Assembly (NCBI GenBank): GCA_047967505.1
Contig: CM106538.1
DNA: 64,000 nucleotides
DNA from: Dipteris shenzhenensis
Lineage: Eukaryota
Reading direction: 5' to 3' (one strand)
The stretch's first letter is position 1. Each line of letters opens with the position of its first letter. A program made the translations under genes and the position numbers. Shown here one piece after another: positions 1-12,215 of the stretch. Below the pieces are notes generated by a model, which was not told the origin of the DNA, ran no database searches, and saw only the letters and a program-made list of their open reading frames with translations.

Positions 1-2132
1 AGGCCCTACATATGCTCTTCTTTGCGGATTGTGCGACCTCTCCAACTAATTCACTCAGATCTGTGCGGACCAATGCCGACCATATCTCTGACTGGGTCGC
101 GTGACTTCATGACTTTCATTGATGATTTTACCCATTTTACCATCATCTCATTCCTTCCTCAGAAGTCTGAAGCACTATCTCACTTCATAGCGTACCAGAT
201 TTTGGTCGAGAATCAATTAAATCGCCATATTTAAACAATACGCACGGACAATGGTGGGGAATATACATCAGGAGATTTCACTGCTTATTGTCAACAAATA
301 GGCATCTTGCATCAATATACTATCCCCTATCATCACCAACAACATGGTAAAGTAGAGAAAAAGAACGGCGATGTCATGGCGTCCTCTCGATCAATGCTCA
401 AACAAGCTGGTCTACCGAATTCTTTTTGGGAGGAAGCCATTTCTATGGCATGTTATCTATAGAACCGATTATCCACCAGCACATTGCCCAGCATGATGCC
501 ATATGAGGCCTGGATGGGCAGGAAACCAGTGATCACACATCTTTGCATTTTTGGGTCCCCTGATCTTTGCATTTTCGGGTCCCCTGCTTACTCGTTCATA
601 CCTCCTGAGCGACTACATAAATTGGATGATTGTGCAGCAAAAGGCATTTTCGTAGGCTACGGGGATCGGTTTGGGGTTAAAGCCTATCGAATCTACCATC
701 CAGGCACTCGACGTTTTTCTTTTAGCAGAACAGTCTTCATCAACAAAAATGCTCTACTCCTTGCTTGTGATCATGCATTGACATCTTCAGAGACTCCACC
801 TGTACAAAAAGAAACACCCTTGTCAATAACAGATGATTTTGGGGACAACCAATTTGAAGAAGAAACACCCGATGTAATTCACTATTTGATCGATCTAGCC
901 CCCTTGCCGGCACCACCTTTACCCCCACAAAACGCCCCTCCTATTGTTCCGGTTTCGACACAATTACTAACTCCTCAACCACAAGCGATGCCTTTACCCA
1001 CAATGCATCAACGACTCAATGCTCAATCTCCTTCAAGATCCGGCAATGCACAATTCCATAGCTGAGTCTTGCCAACTTCCCGCCACCAGACCCGCATGCC
1101 GGATGTGTTCACCAGCAGACAGACATACGGCCAAAGACAGTCATGCAATATCCGTCCACATGGCTCCTATGCAGTGGCGCAGCTTGGTGGACACGTGGGC
1201 GGTCAAAACCCTCTATTGTCAGCCCACGAACTACAACCCAATGAGCCACTACCCCCACATGCAAACTCGTCATCATGTCGCATGGATGACGAAACAGATA
1301 CAACAGCCGACGCATCTCTCGCTAGTCATGCAACAACGTCCACCTCTGAGACGACTTCACCTTTCGTAAGAGATAATGACCCTTGCAACGAGCAAGGTAC
1401 CCCTTCATCAGACGAAGACGCCACCCACCAATGGACTCGCCTCCTCACAGACGTCCTTGCAGAGGCTCACCTTGCTTCCCTCCCTAAAATACTACAAAGC
1501 GATCAATCACTCCTCACGATGGAAGGAGAACCGGACACCATCTTTGTCCAAGATGCTCTCTCTGGCCCTGAAGCACAACAATGGAGGGCCGCCATGAATG
1601 ACGAGATTCACTCCCTTCAGCAAAGCGAAACCTGGACCCTTGTTGACCGACCGACAGACCAAATAATAATCTCGTGCAAATGGCTACTTCGACACAAGAT
1701 TAACTCTGATGGATCTCTAGGCCGCTATAAAGCCCAACTCGTGGCTCGTGGTTTCTCTCAGATTGAAGGTGAGGACTACTATGAGTCCTATTCCCCGTAC
1801 TCAGTATGACCTCGTTTAGGGTGTTGGTTGCTCTCGCTGCCCATAATGGACTCCATATTCATCAAATGGATGTTCGAACTACGTTCTTACATGGTGACCT
1901 TGAGGAGGATATTTACATGGACCAGCCCCAGCATTATGTATCGCCCATTCACCCAGACAAGGTATGCAAACTTCGACGCTCTCTCTATGGGCTCAAACAA
2001 TCACCACAGTGTTGGTACCTGAAATTCCATCAGTTTATGATTGGTCACGGATACAAGAGGCTCCCTACAAAAGCAAACGTCTACATTTGTCACAAAGCTC
2101 ATGTGCTACTGATTGTAGCCATTTACATTGAC
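1..2132 (+). mobile_element. Ty1/Copia retrotransposon A, decayed pol (integrase core, then RT up to the YIDD motif)
   Basis: Integrase motifs LIHSDLCGP, FIDDFT, RTDNGGEY and KLD..A.KGIFVGY; RT motifs CKWLLRHKINSDGSLGRYKAQLVARGFSQ, HQMDVRTTFLHG, SLYGLKQSP and IYID. Integrase-before-RT order indicates Copia. Stops and frameshifts present; cut at IYID by a repeat array. Confidence 0.95.
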
Positions 2133-2134
2133 GG

Positions 2135-3830
2135 GTCTAGGGAGATTTGGCCATGCGGCCAAATCTTTTGAAAGCAGCAAGGTTTGGGGAGTTTTGGCTG
2201 TGGTGCCAAATCTTCCTAGCTTGTTTCTAATCACGAGTGTCTAGGGAGATTTGGCCGTGTGGCCAAATCTTTTTAAAGCAGCAAGGTTTAGGGAGATTTA
2301 GCTGTGGTGCCAAATCTTCCTAGCTTCTTTCAAATCACCAAGGTCTAGGGAGATTTGGCCGTGTGGCCAAATCTTCTTAAAGCAGCAAGGTTTAGGGACA
2401 TTTAGTTGTGGTGCCAAATCTTCCTAGCTTGTTTCTAATCACGAGTGTCTAGGGAGATTTGGCCGTGTGGCCAAATCTTTTTAAAGCAGCAAGGTTTAGG
2501 GATATTTAGCTGTGGTGCCAAATCTTCCTAGCATCTTTCAAATCACCAAGGTCTAAGGAGATTTGGCCGTGTGGCCAAATCTTTTTAAAGCAGCAAGGTT
2601 TAGGGAGATTTAGCTGTGGTGCCAAATCTTCCTAGCTTCTTTCAAATCACCAAGGTCTAGGGAGATTTGGCCGTGTGGCCAAATCTTTTTAAAGCAGGAA
2701 GGTGTAGGGAGATTTAGCTGTGGTGCCAAATCTTCCTAGCTTCTTTCAAATCACCAAGGTCTAGGGAGATTTAGCCGTGTGGCCAAATCTTTTTAAAGCA
2801 GCAAGGTTTAGGGAGATTTAGCTATGGTGCCAAATCTTCCTAGCTTCTTTCAAATCACCAAGGTCTAGGGAGATTTGGCCGTGTGGCCAAATCTTTTTAA
2901 AGTAGTAAGCTTTAGGGAGAATTAGCTGTGGTGCTAAATCTTCCTAGCTTCTTTTAAATCACCAAGGTCTAGGGAGATTTGGCCGTGTGGCCAAATCTTT
3001 TTAAAGCAGCAAGGTTTAGGGACATTTAGTTGTGGTGCCAAATCTTCCTAGCTTGTTTCTAATCACGAGTGTCTAGGGAGATTTGGCCATGTGGCCAAAT
3101 CTTTTCAAAGCAGCAAGGTTTAGGGAGATTTAGCTATGGTGCCAAATCTTCCTAGCTTCTCTCAAATCACCAAGATCTAGGGAGATTTGGCCGTGTGGCC
3201 AAATCTTTTTAAAGCAGCAAGGTTTAGGGAGATTTAGCTATGGTGCCAAATCTTCCTAGCCTCTTTCAAATCACCAAGGTCTAGGGAGATTTGGCCGTGT
3301 GGCCAAATCTTTTTAAAGCAGCAAGGTTTAGGGAGATTTAGCTGTGGTGCCAAATCTTCCTAGCTTCTTTCAAATCACCAAGGTCTAGGGAGATTTAGCC
3401 GTGTGGCCAAATCTTTTTAAAGTATCAAGGTTTAGGGAGAATTAGCTGTGGTGCTAAATCTTCCTAGCTTCTTTCAAATCACCAAGGTCTAGGGAGATTT
3501 GGCCATGTGGCCAAATCTTTTTAAAGCAGCAAGGTTTAGGGACATTTAGTTGTGGTGCCAAATCTTCCTAGCTTGTTTCTAATCACGAGTGTCAAGGGAG
3601 ATTTGGCCGTGTGGCCAAATCTTTTCAAAGCAGCAAGGTTTAGGGAGATTTAGTTGTGGTGCCAAATCTTCCTAGCTTCTTTCAAATCACCAAGGTCTAG
3701 GGAGATTTGGCCGTGTGGCCAAATCTTTTTAAAGCAGCAAGGTTTAGGGAGATTTAGCTGTGGTGCCAAATCTTCCTAGCTTCTTTCAAATCACCAAGGT
3801 CTAGGGAGATTTCACCGTGCAGCCAAATCT
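2135..3830. repeat. 104-bp tandem repeat, 16 full units plus a partial 17th, each with hairpin AGATTTGGCC-N4-GGCCAAATCT
   Basis: GTCTAGGGAG recurs at 2135, 2239, 2343, 2447 ... 3799, an exact 104-bp period. Each unit has one perfect and one degenerate palindrome. Confidence 0.97.
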
Positions 3831-3884
3831 TGTATGTTTTGAAAGAAGCTAGGAAGATTTGGCCATGCGGCCAAATCTCCCCAT

Positions 3885-4070
3885 TTAAAATTCAAAATTC
3901 AAATCTTAAGATTCAAATTTCAAATCTGAAAATTCAAAATTCAAAATTCAAAATCTTAGATTCAAAATTTAAAATTCAAAATTGAAATTTTGAATCTTAG
4001 ATACAAAATTCAAATTTCAAATTTCAAGATCTGAAAGTCAAATCATACATTAAAGACCCTACTTTCAAAT
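3885..4070. repeat. (TTCAAAA)-like A-tract array; inverted partner at about 5590-5760
   Basis: Repeated ttcaaaa/ttcaaat ending in agaccctactttcaaa (4054). The reverse complement tttgaaagtaggatct at 5595 is followed by tttgaa-type repeats. Confidence 0.8.
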
Positions 4071-5759
4071 CACACTTTGAGATTCGTACTTTTACAACTC
4101 TTGCTTTCAAATCGTGGTGTTTTGAAATGGAAAAGATGGAGAACATGTAAGAATCGGGTACACTTTCTATTTCTTTCGTTTTCTTACTTGGATGATTGAG
4201 TAGCCATTGTTGTTCGTGAGCTTGGCTCTTTGGATTTCAAGCAGGCATGGGATTGTGCTTCCGTGAAAAGCCAGGGGATTGTGCTTCCGTTTGGATGGTC
4301 GTAGTTCCAGAAACTTAGAGAAAAAGTTTCATCCGCTAGTAGGGTGGCCAAGATCCGCTCGTGGAAGTAGAGATGCCAGTGATGGAAGGAGAAGAAAAGC
4401 CACGATCCGTGCACTTAGAACAATAGCTTCTCCAACGGAAGGAGCCGAGAAGTAGCTTTCGGTGGAGATTATGGTTATTGCATTACAATAGCTTCTCCAA
4501 TGGAAGGAGCTGAGAGGCACAGTAGTGGAAAGGAGGGAGGGGCACAGTAGTTGAAGGAAGGGGCGAGGGGCGCAGCAGTGGAAAGGAGGGAGGGGCGCAG
4601 CAATTGAAGGGAGGGACGCAGCAGTGGAAGGGAGGGAGAGGCGTGCAGGCAGTAGTCATGCAGAGAAGGCTCTACGACGATGACAATGGGCAGCAGCACA
4701 ACGACGGGGCACGGTAGTGGAAAGGAGGGAGGGGCACAGCTGCTGAAGGGGGGCGTCTATGATGATGATGATGGGCGACAGCGCGACGGCGGGGCACGGG
4801 AGTGGAAAGAAGGGAGGGGCGCTGCAGCCGAAGGGAAGGACGCAGTAGTGGAAGGAAGGGAGGGGAGCGCAGCAGCCGTGTGGAGAAGGAGAAGACAGCC
4901 GTGTGGAGAAGGAGACGATGACGAGGAGGAGTGTGGAGAAGGAGACGATGTCCAAGAGGAGGAGAAGCATGCACCCAAATAGCATGTAGAGCAAAAACAA
5001 CGAGGATGAGGATGAGGATGAGAGGGAAAAGCAAGGGGTGGGAGGGAAGGAGGAATCCCCCAAAAAAGCATGCACCCCCCAATAGCATGTAGAGCAACAA
5101 CAAAAAAAAAAAAAAAAGACCTCTTTCTAATCCAACTATTGAGTGTGGAACCTATGGAATGTTTAATTGGTATTGGAATTTTAAAATCTACATAGTTAAG
5201 TGCACATTGTTAGGACATGGGGAACCTTCCGGGACCTCTCATTTTGACATAGTTTTGAAGTTTTTTGCTTGCAATTAGCTAACCAAGGGTGGAGGAGTGT
5301 TTTCCAAGAACTACCCCATCTAAGACATTGTCCTAAGGCTCTCAAACCACCCTAGTTACACATTTGATATCTAGGAAGGGAGAGAACAAGGTGAGCCTAG
5401 CACTTGATCCCCATGAAGATGAATTCAATTCCTTCTCATAGTTTTACTTTTTATGCTTGGTTTAAAAGGTTTGTTTAGCTTTGCCTTTTAAAGTTTTGGT
5501 TTTTTAATAGTTTTAAATTTTTAGGTTTGCTTTTAAAGTAAAAGTATGATTTTAAAGTGTAATAGCGTGAATCATGAAAAGCATGTACGATGTTTTTGAA
5601 AGTAGGATCTCTAGATACTAATTTCAAATTTTGAAACTTGAAACTTAAAATTTGAATTTTCAAATTTCAAATTTGAATTTTAAAATTTAAAATTTAAAAT
5701 TTGAATTTTGAACTTTAAATTTTAAATTTTAAAATTAAATTTAACGTTTGAATGTTTGA

Positions 5760-6520
5760 AGATTTAGCCATGTGGCCAAATCTTCCTACTGATTTGAAAG
5801 AAGCTAGCAACATTTGGCAGCATGCCAAAATTTTCCCAAACCCTGGTGCTTTGAAAGATTCAGCCACACGGCCAAATCTCCCAGAACCTGGTGATTTGAA
5901 AGAAGCATGCAAGATTTGGTTGCACGGCCGAAATTCCCCATACCCTAGTGCTTTGAAAGAAGCCTACAAGATTTGGCCACATGACCAAATCTCCCCAAGT
6001 TTGAAAGAATGCCACAACCAAATCTTCTCAGTGCTTTGAAAGAAGTCACCAAGTCTCGAAGGATTTGGCCATGCATCCAAATCTTGCTAGCTTCTTTGAA
6101 AGCACCAAGGCCTGAGTAGATTTGGCCATGTGGCCAAATCTTATTGCTTCTTTCAAAGCACTAGTGTCTTAGAGATTTGGCCATGTGGCCAACTCTTGTT
6201 GGCTCCTTTCAAAGCACCAGGGTATGGGGAGATTTGACCATGTGGCCGAATCTTGTGGGCTTCTTTGAAAGCACCAAGGTATGTGGAGATTTGGCTTCTT
6301 TCAAATCACCAAGGTCTAAGTAGATTTGGTTGTGTGGATAAATCTTGATGGTTTCTTGAAAGCACCAGTGTCTCGAGAGATTTGGTTGTGTAGACAAATC
6401 TTGCTATCTCCCTTTCAAAGCACCATGGTCTGTGAAGATTTGGCCAGGTAGCCAGATTTTGCTGGCTAAAATTCAAAGCACCAAGGTTTAGGAAGATTTG
6501 GTCGTGTAGTGAAATCTTGT
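5760..6520. repeat. Degenerate array of the same AGATTTGGCC..GGCCAAATCT hairpin units in mixed orientation
   Basis: Many diverged gatttggcc/ggccaaatct and tttgaaagaagc/gcttctttcaaa motifs; orientation flips near 6050. Confidence 0.85.
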
Positions 6521-6579
6521 AAAGCATTTTCATCCTAAGTCACACCATCAGATATCAATATTGAACTATAACAAATGTT

Positions 6580-7122
6580 ATGTATGCAAGTGCCACATTG
6601 AAAGTGGGGGTTAAAGTCAACTTGCTTGTCAGTGGAAAGATTGTTGCCATTGGGACAATATTCTCTACATCACATGATGACATGTGCCAAGGTGTGCCCT
6701 TGGGAGAAAACAATGTTTCAGTGGCGATCGATATTTGTATGGATGAAAGTGCACTTCTTCCATTTCCTACAATGGATGCATTCTTAGTCTATGAGGCTTT
6801 GGGTAGTGTTGTTCGTTGGAAAGCACGATCAATGAGTTGTGTGGACAATGTCAATGGAGCTATTTTACCAATGAATGATATAACATCAGATACCATTGAT
6901 GTTGAACCTCTATGTGAATATGATGAGTTTTCCATTCGAGAATCATGGAAGGACAAGAAAGTTTTAATATGGGATGAGCAGAAAACCAAGAGCATTGCTG
7001 AGGGTGTTGTTTTGTATGTCTACCCATTTGAACCTATAAACTTTGAGATGCTTGGTGAAGGTAATGTGGGTGTGGGAATTGAAAAGTATCATAGTGATGT
7101 ATCAGGCATCGATACCACTTAA
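6580..7122 (+). CDS. Transposon-associated protein with two Tnp1/En-Spm-like (DUF8039-like) domains; probably the N-terminal part of the downstream transposase gene
   Basis: VAIGTIFS..MCQGVPLGENNVSVAIDICMDESALLPFP and a second copy IAEGVVL..MLGEGNVGVGI resemble the plant transposon-associated beta domain. Confidence 0.55.
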   Translation: MYASATLKVGVKVNLLVSGKIVAIGTIFSTSHDDMCQGVPLGENNVSVAIDICMDESALLPFPTMDAFLVYEALGSVVRWKARSMSCVDNVNGAILPMNDITSDTIDVEPLCEYDEFSIRESWKDKKVLIWDEQKTKSIAEGVVLYVYPFEPINFEMLGEGNVGVGIEKYHSDVSGIDTT

Positions 7123-7184
7123 TAAAATGGCCCATTGCACAAATAACCTTTTTAGATGGAACTTCATTAAGAATCGATGACACC

Positions 7185-9818
7185 ATGAATTTTCCAAGTG
7201 GTTCTAGGCAAAAGCACATGGAAGATGAGGACCCAAATGAAAAATCCACAAAAAAGAGGCGTTACTACATGATAAAGAGGAAAGCTAAAAAACATGGCAT
7301 GCCATTAGCATCATCTAGACTCACAAGGGATGCAGTCACAAAAGTATCTATGATTGATTGTTGTAAACAAAATTGTTGTCAATTTGTCGATCGTCAAATG
7401 ATATCCAAATTACGCATAGAGTATTGGGGCCAAAGTTTGGAGGCTCGCACCAATTATGTATATGACACTCTTGGGGTTGCTTGTCGAAAAGATGACAATG
7501 GTGGGCAGTTCAAATATGTCTTTTCATTGAATGGTATTCAAGTTTGTTGTAGAGCATGGTATGAAATGCATGGTATTCCAAAAACAACATTTTATCTATA
7601 TAGGGAGCAATTTGAAATTGGTATACGAAGGTGCATGCATGGTAATAAAGGAATCGTGTGGAGAGGTTGGGACCACATAGAACTGGGTAGAGCCATAATC
7701 CAAGATTTTGTGGATAACAATTCTGAGCGTATGCCACACAAAAGTAGAACACTTCAGGATGGATCAAGGGAAACACAGCTCATGATACCAGATGTATACA
7801 AGCAGGTTGATATTCTCTATGAGGTTAACATCATGCAATTAAAGCATAGTTTGGGTTGTAAGGAGATGTCAACTTCCACATTCAACCGTATATGGAACTC
7901 TGAATTCAAGCATGTAACTTTGTCAAAAACAAGTGAATTCTCTAAGTGTGGTTTATGTAGTGCAATCAAGGCTTGTAGCGACAAAATGCCAAAATGAACG
8001 TGATAAGTTGATGGAAGATAGAAGAAAGCACATGTTACAACAAAAAAGTTGTAGAAATGTGTACTACACTTGGCGCAGATTTTCTGAAATGTATCCTCAG
8101 ACATACTTGTGCATTATCCATGATAAGATGGACCAAAAGGAGACAGCCATCCCTAGATTACGCAATCGTTCAAAGGACACATACAAATCCTTTCAGCTCC
8201 CAGTGGCTTTGACTGGCATGATAACACATGGACATGGTCAAGGACGTTATGGTCACTTTTCTTTATCCTTGTGGCCATCGGATCCTAACTTCACAATCGG
8301 TTCATTGGCTTTGTGTTTGAGAAATCTTGAAAGATTTGATAACCATGCACTTGGAGATTTGGTACATGATGGGATGCCAAGGTCTGATAACGCTCTGCTA
8401 AATGCACTAACCTCAAGAGAAGCATTGGATTCTCACTATGTTTCTAATGAAAAGCAACAACTTCATCTTGGAGCAGTGGGTGGAACATTCAAAGACCTTG
8501 GACTTGGAAGTTCCCATTAAGAAAATCCTTATAAGAAGCTACCCGAACACCTATTATTGCAGTTGGATAATTGTGGTTTTGAAAACAAGAATAGGTACTT
8601 GTTTGCTTACCTATCATTACTTGTCACTCGAGGGATTTTCAAGTCAATTCAATTGGGATTCTTGATGGTTGGGCATACACATGAGGATATTGATGCAATG
8701 TTCAGCAGCTTTTCAGAGAGGTTAAGAACTAGCCAAACATTGACATTTGCACATCTCATGGATACTTTTAGACAATGTGAGGAGTCTTCTCCAACGCCAT
8801 TTTTGGTAACGGAAGTCCCTGATTTCAAGAGCTATGTTGATGGATGCCTATGCATGGGCAAGATGCTTTAGTGGGACACTCAAAGCCTCTCCAATTTTGG
8901 TTCTTTATGCGAAATGAAGTTTCTATCATGCAATATAAAGTGCATCCACGATCATTAGATTGGCAACCAAGTGAAGGTGGCATTGAGTTGTGGAAGAGAC
9001 ATCTGGATGGTCATCCAATGCTACCAAGTGGAGAGCCACCTTGTGTACCCATGTTCGAGTATGTGAAGGATCACTCACATGTGATAGTTGGTATCAAGGA
9101 GTATGTACACTTTTGGGAAAAATGGGCACACGTGCAAGGTCCAGAAGCATCTTTCACAAAGTTTTACAAGCCGGTAGTGAAGTACTGGAAGAACATGATT
9201 GATGAGCTTCATAAACCAAACAATAGTGTAGAGGGCATGTACGAGAGATTTTGGCCAAAGACGCAACATATTGATTGTGTGCAAGTAGTTGATAATAAAA
9301 ATGATGAGTTTCAAGGAATTGAAGAGTTGAATGATCACTATTGTGGACCTCAAAGGAAAAAGCCAAAACAATCATTTGATCCAATGATTGATGTACAAAA
9401 AGGACACTTTCTTTTGGTCCGACCAACAGAAAAAATTTACCCAATTTGGCTAGGCATTTGGCTAGGCATTGCTCAAACTGATGTACAAAAGGATAATAAA
9501 TCTAAAAATTTCAAGAAGGTTTTCATACAATATTGGGCACCTATATGCAAAAGACGCAATGCACAAATTGAGGAGGTGTATGCAGATTGTTGGAACAAGA
9601 TTTGGATGTGCAATAAAGGTGATCCTCCACGTTGGGAATCTGTTGATGCTATTGTATGGTCATGGGTTCCAAAAGGTAACCTCTCAAAGAAGGTTTCCTC
9701 AAAGAGTAGCAACCTCCCCATCAAGGTGAAGATACCAACCATTGCATGCAAGCGAGCTTTATCTAGTTTGTCTCATAGTACAGATTCCAACTCTGATGTT
9801 GACTCCACAATGGAGTGA
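7185..9818 (+). pseudogene. DUF7869-family RNase H-fold transposase, frameshifted across four ORFs
   Basis: FSKCGLC..H, CIIHDKMDQ, QLDNCGFENKN and FLMVGHTHEDIDAMFS occur in consecutive overlapping ORFs (7185-7997, 7933-8520, 8557-8871, 8844-9818). Confidence 0.85.
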
Positions 9819-10559
9819 AGGGTACTTGAAAAGCTTGACTTTTTTTTCCTTGCACAACGATAATTTAATTGAATACTGACAAATATTTGGAAGGTATGAC
9901 ATTGATATTTTTTCTTTATCTTTTTTGTTTGTAGACCATTGCTTTGTGGTTGCAAGTTCTGCACACTTGACAAAATATCAAGGACTAGTGTTGCATTCTT
10001 ACTTTTTCTCCAACTAAACTAAAATGGTGTTTTTGAACACCACCTTTTTTCGCTTTGTTGTCCACACCGAGAGTCCACTCTTGTTGAAGAGTGTGTTAAC
10101 ATCCTCTAGAGTAAGTTGCTTTGGAATCATGTAATCTTTCTTGTTTCTCCCTTCATCCTTTCTATGTCATTCTCTCGCTCACCTCTCCCCATCTTGTCAT
10201 GCTTATGCAAAACCTTTTCTTCGTTTTTCGTTTTGCTTCGTTGAACTCAAACATATGATGTTTTTTTCTCGGCTAATGCAGAACATTCACACTCCAAACT
10301 GTGAGTTTTTATACATGGCCAAATCCAATGAGAAAGTCAATGGAGTGCACTCAATGCATTGTAATTGCAACCCCTCAAAAACTACCATGCATTGGTTGAA
10401 ACCTCAACATTTGACATTTTATTTATGTTGATGCAAACCATGCACATTTGTGAGATTTGGATGGACTGCCAAATCTATGGGAAAAATCAATGAAAATCAT
10501 TGAATGTTACATAATTACAACCCCTCAAAAATTCCCAAATTATCAGGATATTCCCAAAT

Positions 10560-11330
10560 TCTCTAATATGGTGTTCACTCGACTGGTTGGCTAGTCAGAT
10601 TCTGACTGGGGGGGGGGAGATTTGGATACACAGCACTCAGCATCTAGTTATATTTTTCTTCTAGCAAGGGGGGGGGGATATCTTGGCAATCCAGGAAACA
10701 AAACTCGGTAGCTCTCTCTTCAACAGAGGCTGAGTTTGTTGCAGCAGCGGAAGCCACAAAGGAAGGTACTTAGCTAAACAACCTATTGAAGGATCTTGCG
10801 GTTGGACTGGATCAACCCCTAAAGCTATACCTAGATAATCAATCATGTATCACACTCATTCAATCACCAAGGCATCACGAGAAGACTAAACATGTGGATT
10901 ATAAATACCACTACTTAAAGGAGATATATCAAGCAGGACACCTCGAGTTGGAATACACGCGCCAACACAAAACATGTGGGCGGATTTCCTCACCAAAGCG
11001 GTACCACGAAGGAAGCATGAAGAATGCAGCAGCTCAGTCGGACTGATCTCGGCATAGATTAGTTTTTTCTTTTTTCAAAAGAGTTCCTTTCAAGTTCTGT
11101 TCTAAAAAGAAGGGGGTGTGTGAGTTAGTGACAAATAAGCATGAAGTAAAATTATGAACAATAATATTTACAAATGACATAATGGAAAGGCATCTGGTGT
11201 GACGAAGAGTCACAACCGTATCTCTGTAACAAATAAGCCGGTTGGCATCATAATCAAATGTTTGTTTTCTACTATCTCTCTGTGTATGAGCAATCGCTCT
11301 CGTAAGTGTATGCTAGTTGAAGTTTTCACA
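10560..11330 (+). mobile_element. Copia A 3' part: RNase H, polypurine tract and 3' LTR (about 11119-11330)
   Basis: SDSDWGGDLDT, ISWQSRKQNSVALSSTEAEF, LYLDNQSCI and TKHVDYKYHYLKE; PPT aaaaagaaggggg at about 11104-11116 followed by TG...CA. Confidence 0.9.
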
Positions 11331-12215
11331 ATGTCTCCCATTGTTTGAGCAAAGTGTGGTCAGATCTGGTCGCGCATCTTCATGTCTTCGGCTCGCTTGG
11401 GACATTCTTTGTCAGTGTCCATTAACATTGCAATAGTAGTAGGTGGGCTCAACTTTTGGCTTGGGCTCCTGTCCATGCCATCTGTCAAGGTGTGGATGTT
11501 CTGATACCGAAGGAGGAGCTGAGGCCATCTTCCCAGTGAAGTATGGAGCTTTCTTGAATATGGGTGGAGGAGTAGTGAGTAACGCACAATCAGCTGCAGG
11601 AGTCATTGATTTTCGGCATGCTTCCTCTTGGAGGAGTCGATTGCTGACGAAGGGAACAGTGACTTCCTCTCCTCGTCCCTCAATTGTCATGATGAGAGCA
11701 TCGTAGGAAGGGGGCATACTGTTCAAAATGGTGAACGCGAATTGGCTTATTTTCTTTCAAATTGGTGTTGGCGAGGATATGCTATAGAATGAGGATGCTC
11801 CCTACGTTCTTTTCCTCGTACATAGATTGAAGGGTCATCCATGCTTCATGAGTAGTTAGGCAGTCTTGGACTTGGTTCGCTGGCAGGTCGCCTAGGGTCA
11901 AACAGATGATGAGTTTGGCTTGGCGTTCCTTAGCTTTGAAGGTGAAAATCTCCATTTCAGATGCAAGAACTTCTTCGACATTTGGTACTGTTGTGGGATT
12001 GGAAGGTGCAAGTACGCTAGGACCAGCTGTGCTGGAGGAGGAGCATCAACAGCTGCCAGAATAGCTGCAAGGGTGGACAATTCGCTACCAGCTTCAGGTG
12101 ATGGATTAATCACGATGGAGAGGCTAGGATCTCGTTCGGCTCTAGTCACAATAGCCCGTAGGTCTTTTTCTTCTAGAACCATCTTGATTTTCCATTTCCA
12201 GATGATGACCTCCTA
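11331..12215 (-). mobile_element. Copia B gag remnant
   Basis: WKIKMVLEEKDL, NSMPPSYDALIMTIE, RLLQEE and a decayed zinc knuckle YYCNVNGH. Confidence 0.8.

Larger units (their letters stand above)
2133..10555 (+). mobile_element. DUF7869-type (possibly Sola1-like) DNA transposon inserted in Copia A; ends approximate
   Basis: Foreign block between Copia RT (ends 2132) and Copia RNase H (resumes about 10560). Contains a DDD-type transposase. AGATTTGG..CCAAATCT hairpin motifs occur on both sides (left arrays; single copy at 10453-10476). No matching TIR pair found. Confidence 0.65.

Noticed and set aside
4475-5103. Overlapping Pro/Ser/Gly-rich ORFs (also 18352-18750 and 22986-23400)
   Set aside because: Artefacts of purine-rich tracts and microsatellites; no domain content.
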